From positions 140,378 to 204,377 of the forward strand of contig MCFE01000037.1 of NCBI GenBank assembly GCA_002104905.1: a stretch of 64,000 nt of DNA, read 5' to 3'. A model generated the notes under the pieces. The model worked only from the letters and a program-made list of their open reading frames with translations, had not been told where the DNA came from and did no database searches. The position numbers and the translations under genes are program-made. This document shows positions 1-12,660 of this stretch, in pieces. The first letter of the stretch is position 1, and each line of letters begins with the position of its first letter. The stretch is from Basidiobolus meristosporus CBS 931.73 (lineage: Eukaryota; Fungi; Basidiobolomycota).

Positions 1-1119
1 GACCTTCATCCTCCACCCGGATGTCAAGCCATTTACTCACCCAACCACCTTCAACGAGCGCATCGTTGGTGATGTCCACGAAACCCGCCATACAGCTAGG
101 ATCGTGAAGTTGGATGGAATCCCAGTTGAATTTGGCCTTCATATTGGAGGCAGGATGTTGGAGTAACTGGGCGAAAAAGGCCCCTGCTGGCGTCCGAAGG
201 GTCCCGATCGGGTCCTGGATAGTCTTACTCGACAGGGACACCGATCCGGTCAAATCAGTGGGGAAGAGACGGATGTGGATGGGCAAGGTGGTCTCCACTT
301 CTTGGTACTTTCGGTGGATGTCTGGGTGGAAGCCGCGAGAGGCGTTCATCACAATGGCCGCCGCGTGTGGGTCGGCGTAGAAGTTGAACTCGGCCACGGC
401 GGTCACGTTTCCGGGCACGTCCACTGCACCGCCCATGATACAGATCTGCTTCGCGCGGCCCATAGTCACCCTGTCCTTCTGCAGGGCCAACGCGATGTTG
501 GTTAGCGGGCCAAGCGCCACGATGGATACGGTGAATGGTGGGTTCGACTTGAGCTGGTGCAGTATCTCGTCCACGGCGTTACGACGGGTGGCTTGGTAGT
601 ACTTCGGTAGGTGCTGGGGATCTTCACCGAGGTTCACGGCCATCTCGTCGGACTTCTCGGCAGCCTTCTTGAACCAGATATGCTTCCACTCCTCCGGGGC
701 CAAGTCGGGCATGCTTTCGTGGATATTTCCCAGGCCATCCTGACCATGGAAATACTCGGCGGAAAACGGTTCGCACTTCATAGGCTTCTCGGCACCTAGA
801 TAGACGCGGTTAGGATTGTCTGGCAACGAAACTGGCAGGGTGATGTGGGGAAGGTTTGCCGCCTACCAAGCGCAATCACCGGGACCTGTTTCTCGAAAAC
901 CCCGAGGCCCGTTTTCTGCCTGTGTAGGCGCTCTTCCTCCATCACCTTCAGTAAGGCGACCAGATTTTTGGAACTGTTCTCAAGGCAGGTGTTCCCGTGG
1001 GTTAGGGTGCAGGCAAGTATTTCTAAGTTGGGTGAGGTGATGGCATACGCAATAGCCAGAGTGTCGTCGATACCAGGGTCGGTATCGATGATCAGCTTGG
1101 AAGGTTGAGGGATGGACAT
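1..1119 (-). CDS. Inosine/uridine-preferring nucleoside hydrolase, copy 1 (3' end runs off the window; intron 866-796)
   Basis: IIDTDPGIDD metal-binding motif, ALGPLTNIA and GNVTAVAEFNFYADP motifs. GT-AG intron at the same position and phase as in copy 2. Confidence 0.92.
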
Positions 1120-2593
1120 TTGGGGAACCTGGTTCTTGGGTGGAGCTTTTATCTGCTCCGACTGGGAGTATTTTCCCCCTATGGATATACACTGGAACAT
1201 TTACTCAGCATGAGTAACCCGCCATCACCGCTGTAATGAGGATGGCTGTGCCCATTTGATCATAACATCCTAATGGAGTAGATATTCTATACATTTCCTG
1301 ATTGTTTAGGGCTGGCAATATATATGTATATGATTGACGGGTCATCCATTTCCCACGGTTTATTTCATGAAAATTGTCATATTGGTGTGGTCAGGTAAAC
1401 AAGGCCATTTCCTTTGCAGACCCTATGAGCCAAATGCACCTACTAGTTTGAATCCCCTCTTTCCCCCGCCAGCCTAACCTTGTGGAGATTGAGTCTATTG
1501 ACTTTACCAAGCTTCCCCTTGTTTCCGGAAAGTCCCGATATTGCGCGTCAGCGACAGCCAGAGCTGTGTGCGATGCTTGTAAAGACTATATGGGAGCCAC
1601 CCAACCACTTGTTCGCCCACCCAGGTGGCCCATGTTCATCGCTCCTTGTGAACTGCATGATAAAGGCTCCAGTCCAAGACAGCTTGGCCAGGATTTTTAG
1701 CGAGATCAAAGGTTGACTAGCCCAGAATCCCCAGTTGAAACCGGTTTGGTCAATTGCTCTTGGGCCACGTGAGCAGCATCCACAATGGAATCGTGACAGC
1801 GTTTGATCCTTGACGCATGGGCTAATGTGCACCATCTTTCTACTTGGAATCTCATCTTACAGTCCGATGACGAGAACGCACGGCGCATAGCTAGGCCAGG
1901 ATGTCGAGCTGTTCCTCGGGACAATATGCGTAAGTCTGGATGGACCCGGTGCTAAACAGCAACCTACCCCTCAACGCATGAGCGATGCATACGATGTGCA
2001 AGAGGCGCCAATGCCCACTCACTCTGACCGAATCGCATGGGACACCCACCACTGGCCGATTTTAGCAAAGATGGAGACTGGTGGCAGGGCAGTGACAGCT
2101 GGACATCGGCTTTTCTTCCACTAGGAAGCTGGATGCGAGCCAAGCCGATCCGATGTTGGAAAGCAATACACCTTCCATCCGATCCCCATTGGTCGCTCAT
2201 GTGATTCCAAGGTTCTCCACCCAATTGAGAAGAGTCTGCCCTGGGCCGTATGATTGGCTCAATGTGGGGGGTCGTTGATTGGAGCATATGGAATCAACCC
2301 AAACGATGTCAGAACATCTGGAGCACTGCATATGGTTGCTAGATCATCTGCCAGCATTCTGTGGGTGGTGGGGGAGGATGGGAATGGTCTGCGGAGAATA
2401 GTGAGTGATTGAAATGTTCCATGCACCAACCTCACAACTGCGCCGATGTTCAAGTGATGAGAATCCCATTTCAATCCAAATTTATTATATAAATCGACCA
2501 GGTGGGTTCACATTTGGAAGTCCCCATCACTGCTTTGCTCGTTTTCCACCCATCCCCACTTCTCCATAACCACCAGCATTCCACTACTTTACC

Positions 2594-4113
2594 ATGACCC
2601 AATATTCACCTGTCAAAGACAGGGAGTTGCCCGAGGAGGTTGATGTCGAGCGTCGCCACAGCGATGCCTCGCCCCTGTTGGGCCAGGGGTCTTCCTCTTC
2701 GCAAAAAGCCTTTCCGGTCGCTGACGCTCCCCAAGCGACGGTTTTCTCCTCCTGCATCAATCTGGCGAATACCATCTTGGGAGCGGGGATGTTTGCCATG
2801 GTTAGTTTTCAAGTATTGTCCGCTGTCACGAAACCGAATTGTAGTCTAACCAAACCCACCCCAGCCCTCCGCCATCGCCTCCGTGGGTTTGTTGATAGGT
2901 TCTGGCTTGATCGGGTTTTCGGGCTGCGCCTCCGGGCTTGGGCTTTATCTGCTTGCACGTTGCGCCAGCCGGGTCGACGGACGTAACGCCTCCTTCAACA
3001 CCATCTCGCTGTTGAGTTATCCTGACGCCGCGATCTGGTTCGACTCGGCCATTGCCATAAAGTGTTTCGGTGTGAGCATCTCGTACCTGATTGTCATTGG
3101 GGACCTGATGCCCGAGGTGATGGATTGGTTCGGTGTGGGTTCGGCGTACAAATTCCTGCTTGACCGCCGGTTCTGGATCACGGTGTTTATGCTCTTCATA
3201 ATCCCACTCACGTTCTTAAGGAAGTTGGATTCGTTAAGGTACACAAGCTTCGTTGCGCTGAGCGCGGTGGTATATCTGCTGATCATCGTGGTGTACCACT
3301 ATGTGGACCCCGAGCGACCTTCTCCACCACCGGAAGAGATTCACTGGGTGAACTTCAGTGAGAAGTTCTTGGCTCGGTTCCCGATCTTTGTTTTCGCCTT
3401 CACCTGTCATCAAAATATCTTCACCGTGTACAACGAGCTTCACGACAACTCGGACAGACAGGTGAACTCGGTCATCTACTACTCCATCGGGGCGTCTTTT
3501 CTGGTGTACCAGACGGTTGGCGTCCTCGGGTACTTGACGTTTGGTGACCACGTGTTGGGCAACATCATCAAGATGTACGACAACGGCTTGGTGTTAACTA
3601 TCGGCCGATTCGCACTTGTCATCTTGGTCATGTTCTCTTACCCGTTGCAAGCGCATCCCTGTCGTGCATCGGTCGATAAGGTGTTGAACGTGGCGTTCCA
3701 TACAAATCTCGAGGTCCCACAATATGAGGAAGAAGACGGCAAGCCCGATGATACCCCACAGCCTCACTCATACGAGATATCGAACCTTCGGTTCTTCACC
3801 ATCACGCCCATCATCATTGTAAGCACCTACCTGATCGCCATTTCCGTGTCGCAGTTAGACTTGGTAAGCCCACAAGTATCCATCTCAAGTGAACCATTAG
3901 ATGATTAACCCTTTACTGGTCGACTAGGTCCTTTCCTTTGTTGGCTCCACAGGATCGACCGCCATCTCGTTCATCCTCCCTGGTCTCTTCTACACCAAGA
4001 TTCATCAGAACGACCCATGGAACCTCACCCGGATCTTGGCCGTGATGCTCCTCGTTTACGGGGTGTGTGTGATGACCATTTGCCTTAGCTACAACATCTA
4101 CCACTTGTTCTAA
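2594..4113 (+). CDS. Vacuolar-type amino acid transporter (Aa_trans, AVT5/6/7-like); exons 2594-2800, 2865-3863, 3928-4113
   Basis: NLANTILGAGMFAMP, AFTCHQN, LVMFSYPLQAHPCR and VGSTGSTAISFILPG motifs; many TM segments. Two GT-AG introns restore one frame. Confidence 0.92.
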
Positions 4114-4302
4114 AGGACCATCCATGTCGGTCCAACCACCCCCACCACCCCCACCCCTTCACCTCACCACGTCTGTACCTTGCCATCCGATTAACCAGAT
4201 ACTGATTGTTATACATAGTTCGAATGTTAATATTTAATTAAATTAGCCCACATTTAGTTCCACTACCTCTTCCGACAATGATACAAACTTCGAGAGACCC
4301 GT

Positions 4303-5636
4303 TTATGCGTGAATGTTACAGCCAAGCGTCCTTTCGATCAGCAAACTGGCCGCCCGCTTCTCGTCACACTTCAGGAACACCTCGACCCGGTTCAGCGATA
4401 CGGTCCAGTTGCTGGGATCCGCTTGGTTGGTCCCATCCTCGACGGCGCTGCTCGCAATACCCTCTTGCATGGACTCGGACCAGACTCGACGGTCCCGGAC
4501 ACACATGCCGCGTGTGAGGTGACCTTCGTCCTCCACCCGGATGTCGAGCCATTTGCTGGCCCAACCGCCTTCGACAAGAGCGTCGTTTGCGGTATCCACG
4601 AAGCCGACCATGCAAGTTGGATCATGAAGCTCGATGAAATCCTGATCGTAATGGGACTTCATGATGGATGCGGGGTACTTGAGGAGCCTGCTGAAGAAAT
4701 GGCCCGCCGGGGTCTCGAGGGAGCCGATGGGGTGCTCGATGGCGGCGTTTGGTAGGGATACGTTGCCGGTCAAGTCGGTGGGGAAGAGACGGATGTGGAT
4801 GGGCAAGGTGGTCTCCACTTCTTGGTACTTTCGGTGGATGTCTGGGTGGAAGCCGCGAGAGGCGTTCATCACAATGGCCGCCGCGTGTGGGTCGGCGTAG
4901 AAGTTGAACTCGGCCACGGCGGTCACGTTTCCGGGCACGTCCACTGCACCGCCCATGATACAGATCTGCTTCGCGCGGCCCATAGTCACCCTGTCCTTCT
5001 GCAGGGCCAACGCGATGTTGGTTAGCGGGCCAAGCGCCACGATGGATACGGTGAAAGGTGGGTTCGACTTGAGCTGGTGCAACATCTCGTCCACCGCGTG
5101 GCGATGGGTGGTTTGGTAGTACTTTGGCAGGGTCTCGGGGTCTTCGCCGAGTTGCTTGGCCACCTCATCCGACTCTTCAGCCGCCTTCTTGATCCAGATT
5201 TGCTTCCACTCCTCCGGCACCAAGTCGGGAACACTCTCGTGAATATTTCCCAGACCGTCTCGACCGTGGAAGAATTCGGCGAACAGGGTATCGTGCTTCA
5301 ACGGCTTCTCGGCACCTAGACAACACCGGCCAGAGGTTAGAAAGGGAGGCAAGAGGAACCAAGATGCACCACTGAACACTTACCAAGCGCGATCACCGGA
5401 ACATGTTTCTTGAAAGTTCCGGTGCCGAGTTTCTCTCTGTAGAGACGCTCCTCCTCCATCACCTTCAGCAAGGCGACAAGGTTCTTGGAGCAGTTTTCGA
5501 GGCAGGTGTTTCCGTGGGTAAGGGTGCAGGCCAGGATATCGAGGTTGGGTGAGGTGATGGCATATCCGATGGCTAGGATGTCGTCGATGCCGGGGTCGGT
5601 ATCGATGATCACTTTGGATAGCTCGGAGTTGGTCAT
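4303..5636 (-). CDS. Inosine/uridine-preferring nucleoside hydrolase, copy 2 (421 aa; exons 5636-5384, 5315-4303)
   Basis: IIDTDPGIDD, GNVTAVAEFNFYADP and LHDP catalytic motifs. Splicing gives a continuous frame. Confidence 0.93.
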
Positions 5637-6113
5637 TTTCTTGAAAAAATATTATGGTGGTTGCGGTGGGCTCATCGAGCTTTTATTTTACCATCGCCAT
5701 GTCCAGGTATGCGGCAATCAAGGCTCCACTTCCTCAGGCTCCCCCGGTGGATCACCCAAAATCACCCTTCATCTGTACAAATCCGGCAGGTCCATTCAAT
5801 CTGGAATACTTCCTGAAGTTAAATGCATTTGAATGTTACCGGTTTTGGTGCCGGGTTCACTGCGATGTCAATCCCACTCATATATTAGGTTACACTCAAG
5901 GATCCCATGAGCAACCCGTTTCAACCAATCTTTCTTTGCTCCCGACTGAAACTAGCAAATTGATCGGTTTGGGTGGAATTTTCCTACAGAACAAAGAAAT
6001 TTGCGCGCACGAGATCTAGGTTTAATTGGGTTTATTATGCTGAGCTGGATGTTCAAGTGTTGGTGATGAACGATGAATGCAATTTAATTACGGGTCAACA
6101 TTGATTAGTCAAG

Positions 6114-7007
6114 TTACTGGCGGCGAGCAATGGTGGCGGTGATGTAGCCAGAGGGGTCACTGATGGGTTGGAAAATGTCCATGTCCTTGCCCTCGTTGGG
6201 GAGGTTGAAAGGTTTCAAGTTAACGCTGATGTAGTGCTTGTTGGGAAGAGCATAGCTGATCTCGGTGACATCCACATTCTCGGCCAAAACCTTCTCGCCC
6301 ATCTTGTACATGGTGGCTTGAACAGAGGCAGAGTCATCAGTGGCGAAGGTGCCGAGGGTGATTTCACGAACGCTGCCGGCGATCTCGTCGAAAGGAATCT
6401 CCTCGATCTTGGACTTCTCCAAGTTATAGGTCCATTTGGCATCGACACTGGTGGAGAAGATACGGTCGGTGGCATCTTGGAGAGTGGTATTCTCACAACG
6501 ATGGAAGTTGGTGAATGAGGAGCCGGTGGACTTCAACACAAGAAGGTCCTTGAGGCGAGACTCAATGGACACCTTTCCATCACGGGAGACAGTCAACTCA
6601 ACACGTCTGGTTTCGTCACCATCACGAAGGAAGGAGTGGGGGTGGAGTTGGCCATCGATGTTGACACGGGTCCAGCGGTGTTGGACGAGCTTGATGTATA
6701 CATGGTCAACATGGGAGTATCTGTTGATGAAGTGTTGGCCGATCTCGTAACCGAAACGCTCGATGGTTTGAACATTATCAGACTTCTTGGCAAGAACATA
6801 GACGGTGTTCTTGACAGTGTCAGTGGGGACGACAACTGAGTTGTCAGCCTCGGTGTAGGAGGTCTCGAACTTGCCATCGAGGAGGACTTGAGCGGTGAGC
6901 TCAATAACATCATGCCAGTTCTTGGTGTGACGGATGACCTTGGTGACGCGCACCTTGGTCTTACCGTAGGCTTGTTTCTTCAAGTAGGCACCAGAGTTAG
7001 CAGACAT
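6114..7007 (-). CDS. uox: Urate oxidase type A, copy A1
   Basis: YGK, VPTDTVKNT, LKSTGSSF, DRIFST, SASVQATMY and LPNKHY uricase motifs. True ATG at 7007; intronless. Confidence 0.96.
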   Translation of the reverse strand: MSANSGAYLKKQAYGKTKVRVTKVIRHTKNWHDVIELTAQVLLDGKFETSYTEADNSVVVPTDTVKNTVYVLAKKSDNVQTIERFGYEIGQHFINRYSHVDHVYIKLVQHRWTRVNIDGQLHPHSFLRDGDETRRVELTVSRDGKVSIESRLKDLLVLKSTGSSFTNFHRCENTTLQDATDRIFSTSVDAKWTYNLEKSKIEEIPFDEIAGSVREITLGTFATDDSASVQATMYKMGEKVLAENVDVTEISYALPNKHYISVNLKPFNLPNEGKDMDIFQPISDPSGYITATIARRQ

Positions 7008-7527
7008 AATGTTGGATAGAAGACTGACAATATTGCTCAACCCCAACTGAGAGAGTGGGGGGATTTATATGAATCGTTCGGTTTCACATCATTCTAGATA
7101 CTCTCATATCAACATCCATCTCTATTTTGGTGAAGATTCATCTTCGGCCAAGTTACACAGGCAGAAGCACGGAGATTGTGGGTACTTTAGATCTGCGCAG
7201 TACTGATAATCGATTCAATCTTGTGTCATTTCCCGCACCATCAATGAGAAATCTGCCTGTGTCCAGATAATCAATTCCATCGACCCTCGTGAACTGGATA
7301 ATTCTCTTTAGCCGTGGATGCACGCAAATCTGGTGACATAACCATGGCTAGGATATCTCCTGCAGTGTGTTGTTCCCATTTCCGAAATCCTTCTTCGAAC
7401 TCAGTATACTCATTGTGGTGGATATTGATATTGGATGCTGTATGAACATTAATTTATTTGCAACTTAGAGATCACAGTGAATGCATGCTTAATGGTAAGT
7501 TAGGGTTGTTCCAAAAACTTGGTCCGC

Positions 7528-8418
7528 TTAGAACTTGTTTCCACGACGACCAATGGTGGCAGTAATGTAGCCAGAGAAGTCGGTGACTGGAGAGAAAATG
7601 GTCATCTCTTGGCCAGCGTTGGGAAGGTTGAAGGGGGCAAGGTTGGTGGTGAAGTGATGGCTGTTGGGGAGTGCGTAGTACACATCACGGACTTCTGGGA
7701 AACGCTTCAAGATCAGCTCAGCCATGCGGTACATGGTGGCCTGGACTGAGGCAGAGTCATCATGGGCGAACACATCAAGGGTGGTCTTACGGACTCCATC
7801 GAAGATGCGGTCGAATGGAATGTTCTCGACTCCAATCGAGGTGTCAATGTTGTAGTGGGCCTTGACGGTAGTGGAGAAGATACGGTCATCAGCATCTTGG
7901 AGAGTGGTGTTCTCGCAGAGATGGAAGTTGGTGAAGGATGAGCCGGTGGTCTTCAAGACGAGAAGGCCTTCCAAGCCAGACTTGATGCTGACATCGTTGG
8001 CGCTGACAGTGACCCAGGTCTCTCTGGTCTCGCTGCCGTCACGGTAGAAGGAGTGAGGGTGGGGCTCGCCGTTGACATTGATTCTGGTCCAGCGGAGTTG
8101 AACAATGTGGACGTGGGCGTGGGTGACATGAGGGTACTTGTCAACGAAGTGCTTGCCGAGTTCGTAACCGTAACGCTCGATGGTCTGAACGTGGTTGGAC
8201 TTCTTGGCAATGATGTAGCAGGTGTTCTTGACAGTGTCGGTGGGGACGACCTTGCTGTTGTCAGCCTCGGTGTAAGCCTCTTCGAAGTCACCCTCGAGGA
8301 GCACTTGGACAGTGAGCTCGACAATGTCGTTCCACTGGGGAGTGTGGCGGATAGCCTTGGTGACTCTGACCTTAGCCTTACCGTAGGCTTGGCGTTTTAA
8401 CTCAACTGCAGAAGACAT
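7528..8418 (-). CDS. uox: Urate oxidase type B, copy B1
   Basis: Same catalytic motifs but LPNSHHF; ends GNKF. Confidence 0.96.
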   Translation of the reverse strand: MSSAVELKRQAYGKAKVRVTKAIRHTPQWNDIVELTVQVLLEGDFEEAYTEADNSKVVPTDTVKNTCYIIAKKSNHVQTIERYGYELGKHFVDKYPHVTHAHVHIVQLRWTRINVNGEPHPHSFYRDGSETRETWVTVSANDVSIKSGLEGLLVLKTTGSSFTNFHLCENTTLQDADDRIFSTTVKAHYNIDTSIGVENIPFDRIFDGVRKTTLDVFAHDDSASVQATMYRMAELILKRFPEVRDVYYALPNSHHFTTNLAPFNLPNAGQEMTIFSPVTDFSGYITATIGRRGNKF

Positions 8419-8983
8419 TGTTGTATACGATTGGAACTAGGAACACTAATTATGGTGGAGTTCGTATGAAGCAATTTATACAACTCACCGAGATGAAGCG
8501 TACCACTGTTCGAGCCAATCATGGTGATTGGCGGCATAATGAATCCCACTAGATAATAACGGTGTTTGGCTCTATCAGTAGCTGCTAGATCAGATTCGAG
8601 TGTTCATCTAATCTTTCTGTGAGTAATTACCATCTTGAGCAATAGCCTAGAAAACATTACACATGTTTCAGATTGTGATTAATCTGATGATGAAATCTGG
8701 GAGATTTGATTGGAATTGCTGGCCGCGTGATCCACTGAATATGGATTCCACGAGCAGAGGTAGAGTTGGTGTGGAGCGAGTGCTAATGGCAAGCATGAAT
8801 CGAGGCAATATCAATTCACAATGATAATCAAAAGTAGCCCATAGTCAAGACCACGTGGTGTGCTATCAACGCGTTTTACAATGGCAACCTTTCATCACTT
8901 TTTAGTCGGTTTTATTACGGATTGACCAGGTCAATCAATGTTAATGGATGGTAATGAAAATGATCGTGAATACATTTACACGG

Positions 8984-9874
8984 TTAACGACGGGCAATAG
9001 TGGCAGTGATATAGCCAGATGGGTCACTGACAGGTTGGAAGATATCCATATCCTTGCCCTCGTTAGGAAGGTTGAAAGGCTTCAGGTTGACACTGAAGTA
9101 GTGCTTGTTGGGAAGAGCATAGCTGATCTCACTGACATCCTCAAAGCTGGCAAGAACCTTTTCGCCCATCTTGTACATGGTGGCTTGAACAGAGGCAGAG
9201 TTGTCAGTGGCGAAGGTGCTAAGTGTGATCTCACGAACACCCTCGGCAATTTCATCGAATGGAATCTCCTCAATCTTGGATTTATCAAGGTTGTACGTCC
9301 ACTTGGCATCGACGCTGGTGGAGAAAATACGGTCGGTGGCATCTTGGAGAGTGGTGTACTCGCAACGGTGGAAGTTGGTGAATGAAGACCCAGTGGACTT
9401 CAACACAAGAAGGTCCTTGAGGCGGGACTCAATGGATACCTTACCGTTACGGGAGACAGTCAACTCCACACGTCTGGTCTCATCACCATCACGAAGGAAG
9501 GAGTGGGGGTGGAGTTGACCGTCGATCTCAACACGGGTCCAGCGGTGTTGGATAAGCTTGATGTAGACATCATCAACATGAGAGTATCTGTTGATGAAGT
9601 GTTGACCAATCTCGTAACCGAAACGCTCGATGGTTTGAACTTGGTTGGACTTCTTGGCAAGGACATAGATGGTGTTCTTGACAGTGTCAGTGGGGACGAC
9701 AACTGAGTTGTCAGCCTCGGTGTAGGAGGTCTCGAACTTGCCATCGAGGAGGACTTGAGCGGTGAGCTCAATAACATCATGCCAGTTCTTGGTGTGACGG
9801 ATGACCTTTGTGAGGCGCACCTTGGTCTTACCGTAGGCTTGTTTCTTCAAGTAGGCACCAGATTTAGTAGACAT
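8984..9874 (-). CDS. uox: Urate oxidase type A, copy A2
   Basis: Intact 296-aa ORF with uricase motifs; CEYTTL variant. Confidence 0.96.
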   Translation of the reverse strand: MSTKSGAYLKKQAYGKTKVRLTKVIRHTKNWHDVIELTAQVLLDGKFETSYTEADNSVVVPTDTVKNTIYVLAKKSNQVQTIERFGYEIGQHFINRYSHVDDVYIKLIQHRWTRVEIDGQLHPHSFLRDGDETRRVELTVSRNGKVSIESRLKDLLVLKSTGSSFTNFHRCEYTTLQDATDRIFSTSVDAKWTYNLDKSKIEEIPFDEIAEGVREITLSTFATDNSASVQATMYKMGEKVLASFEDVSEISYALPNKHYFSVNLKPFNLPNEGKDMDIFQPVSDPSGYITATIARR

Positions 9875-10394
9875 GATAGAGGAATGAGTAGAGAGAACCA
9901 GAACAGTAAATCTCAGTATCAGATCCCGCGGCCTTTATATATATCCCATTGGTGGTCGAACGTTTTGCCTCCATTGATTTATCTATCTAGATGAAAAGGA
10001 AAGTTCCCATGGTTTGGTTAAATCAGATCAGATCACTCTGCGTAGTCTGTTCTTCTCTAGGTGTGGTGGTGATTCTAGCCATGATTTTGGTGAGAACATC
10101 ACCTACGGTCTAGACTATACAAATCCAGACTGGAATAACACTCTGTCTTCAGTGTACCTCTTAATCAGCTTAACCAAAACAGCGGTAGAGTGATCCTCAT
10201 GTACCAATGCTATGGAACTGCGCGAAGAACCGGCTTACGTTATACAAAATGGATTGATCATATGTTTCTTGTTTTGATATAAGCATTGTTAGGTTTAAAG
10301 TATTTATTTACGCTGTTAAGGTTGGTCGGCTCTGACAATGGAGATTAGGATGCATGCGAAAAATCATGAGTGAATTCATTAATAATGTTTTCGT

Positions 10395-11285
10395 TTAGAA
10401 TTTGTTTCCACGACGACCAATGGTGGCAGTGATGTAGCCAGAGAAGTCGGTGACTGGAGAGAAAATGGTCATCTCTTGGCCAGCGTTGGGAAGGTTGAAG
10501 GGGGCAAGGTTGGTGGTGAAGTGATGGCTGTTGGGGAGTGCGTAGTACACATCACGGACTTCTGGGAAACGCTTCAAGATCAGCTCAGCCATGCGGTACA
10601 TGGTGGCCTGGACTGAGGCGGAGTCATCGTGAGCGAACACATCAAGGGTGGTCTTGCGGACTCCTTCAAAGATGCGGTCGAATGGAATGTTCTCGACTCC
10701 AATCGAGGTGTCAATGTTGTAGTGGGCCTTGACAGTGGTGGAGAAGATACGGTCATCAGCATCTTGGAGAGTGGTGTTCTCGCAGTGATGGAAGTTGGTG
10801 AAGGATGAGCCGGTGGTCTTCAAGACGAGAAGGCCTTCCAAGCCAGACTTGATGCTGACATCGTTGGCGCTGACAGTGACCCAGGTCTCTCTGGTCTCGC
10901 TGCCGTCACGGTAGAAGGAGTGAGGGTGAGGCTCGCCGTTGACATTGATTCTGGTCCAGCGGAGTTGAACAATGTGGACGTTAGCGTGGGTGACATGAGG
11001 GTACTTGTCAACGAAGTGCTTGCCGAGTTCGTAACCGTAACGCTCGATGGTCTGAACGTGGTTGGACTTCTTGGCAATGATGTAGCAGGTGTTCTTGACA
11101 GTGTCGGTGGGGACGACCTTGCTGTTGTCAGCCTCGGTGTAAGCCTCTTCGAAGTCACCCTCGAGGAGCACTTGGACAGTGAGCTCGACAATGTCGTTCC
11201 ACTGGGGAGTGTGGCGGATAGCCTTGGTGACTCTGACCTTAGCCTTACCGTAGGCTTGGCGTTTTAACTCAACTGCAGAAGACAT
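10395..11285 (-). CDS. uox: Urate oxidase type B, copy B2
   Basis: Intact; ATG at 11285 by homology to B1. Confidence 0.96.
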   Translation of the reverse strand: MSSAVELKRQAYGKAKVRVTKAIRHTPQWNDIVELTVQVLLEGDFEEAYTEADNSKVVPTDTVKNTCYIIAKKSNHVQTIERYGYELGKHFVDKYPHVTHANVHIVQLRWTRINVNGEPHPHSFYRDGSETRETWVTVSANDVSIKSGLEGLLVLKTTGSSFTNFHHCENTTLQDADDRIFSTTVKAHYNIDTSIGVENIPFDRIFEGVRKTTLDVFAHDDSASVQATMYRMAELILKRFPEVRDVYYALPNSHHFTTNLAPFNLPNAGQEMTIFSPVTDFSGYITATIGRRGNKF

Positions 11286-11769
11286 TGTCGTATAAGATTT
11301 GGATGATACTGATGTACGAGACTGACCGAGGAATTCCTTATATACGGAACTAGACTTCACCACTAGGGAGCAATATAATCAATATCTCCATGATCAATTG
11401 ATAATCAGGGAGCATCAACTGGCTAGGCACATAAGTCTCATTCTTGTTCATCACTTTCATCAATTATGTTGCTTTACCGGTTTTTGTGGGAACGATCTAT
11501 ATTGGCAATCAAGATCGATGTGAGAGGATTTTCGTTCCCTCCGTTTCACTTTGTTCATTAATGCCACTCTTGGTGACATGGCGGAGACCCAAATTCCTTT
11601 ATCTCTCTCTTGCAACTCGGAAATATATAGGAATTTGCGTTCCATCTGGTTAGAGATAGTTTAAAAATGCAAGTATTTATTAGATTTTACGATTCAGGAC
11701 TTTACACTACTCCGTTGTTATGGTGATGTTGGATGAAATGAATGATGTGAACAATTGTTGGTGAACAAT

Positions 11770-12660
11770 CTAACGACGGGCGATAGTGGCAGTGATATAG
11801 CCAGATGGGTCACTGACAGGTTGGAAGATATCCATATCCTTGCCCTCGTTAGGAAGGTTGAAAGGCTTCAGGTTGACACTGAAGTAGTGCTTGTTGGGAA
11901 GAGCATAGCTGATCTCACTGACATCCTCAAAGCTGGCAAGAACCTTTTCGCCCATCTTGTACATGGTGGCTTGAACAGAGGCAGAGTTGTCAGTGGCGAA
12001 GGTGCTAAGTGTGATCTCACGAACACCCTCGGCAATTTCATCGAATGGAATCTCCTCAATCTTGGATTTATCAAGGTTGTACGTCCACTTGGCATCGACA
12101 CTGGTGGAGAAAATACGGTCGGTGGCATCTTGGAGAGTGGTGTACTCGCAACGGTGGAAGTTGGTGAATGAAGACCCAGTAGACTTCAACACAAGAAGGT
12201 CCTTGAGGCGAGACTCGATGGATACCTTACCGTTACGGGAGACAGTCAACTCAACACGTCTGGTCTCATCACCATCACGAAGGAAGGAGTGGGGGTGGAG
12301 TTGACCGTCGATCTCAACACGGGTCCAGCGGTGTTGGATAAGCTTGATGTAGACATCATCAACATGAGAGTATCTGTTGATGAAGTGTTGACCAATCTCG
12401 TAACCGAAACGCTCGATGGTTTGAACTTGGTTGGACTTCTTGGCAAGGACATAGATGGTGTTCTTGACAGTGTCAGTGGGGACGACAACTGAGTTGTCAG
12501 CCTCGGTGTAGGAGGTCTCGAACTTGCCATCGAGGAGGACTTGAGCGGTGAGCTCAATAACATCATGCCAGTTCTTGGTGTGACGGATGACCTTTGTGAG
12601 GCGAACCTTGGTCTTACCGTAGGCTTGTTTCTTTAAGTAGGCACCAGAGTTAGCAGACAT
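11770..12660 (-). CDS. uox: Urate oxidase type A, copy A3
   Basis: Intact; protein matches A2 except at the N-terminus. Confidence 0.96.
   Translation of the reverse strand: MSANSGAYLKKQAYGKTKVRLTKVIRHTKNWHDVIELTAQVLLDGKFETSYTEADNSVVVPTDTVKNTIYVLAKKSNQVQTIERFGYEIGQHFINRYSHVDDVYIKLIQHRWTRVEIDGQLHPHSFLRDGDETRRVELTVSRNGKVSIESRLKDLLVLKSTGSSFTNFHRCEYTTLQDATDRIFSTSVDAKWTYNLDKSKIEEIPFDEIAEGVREITLSTFATDNSASVQATMYKMGEKVLASFEDVSEISYALPNKHYFSVNLKPFNLPNEGKDMDIFQPVSDPSGYITATIARR

Noticed and set aside
1430-2460. Stop-riddled + frame with CIRC..H and WSIWNQ reminiscent of a LINE zf-RVT C-terminus
   Set aside because: Only a faint resemblance with several stops; needs tBLASTn or HMM support before annotation.
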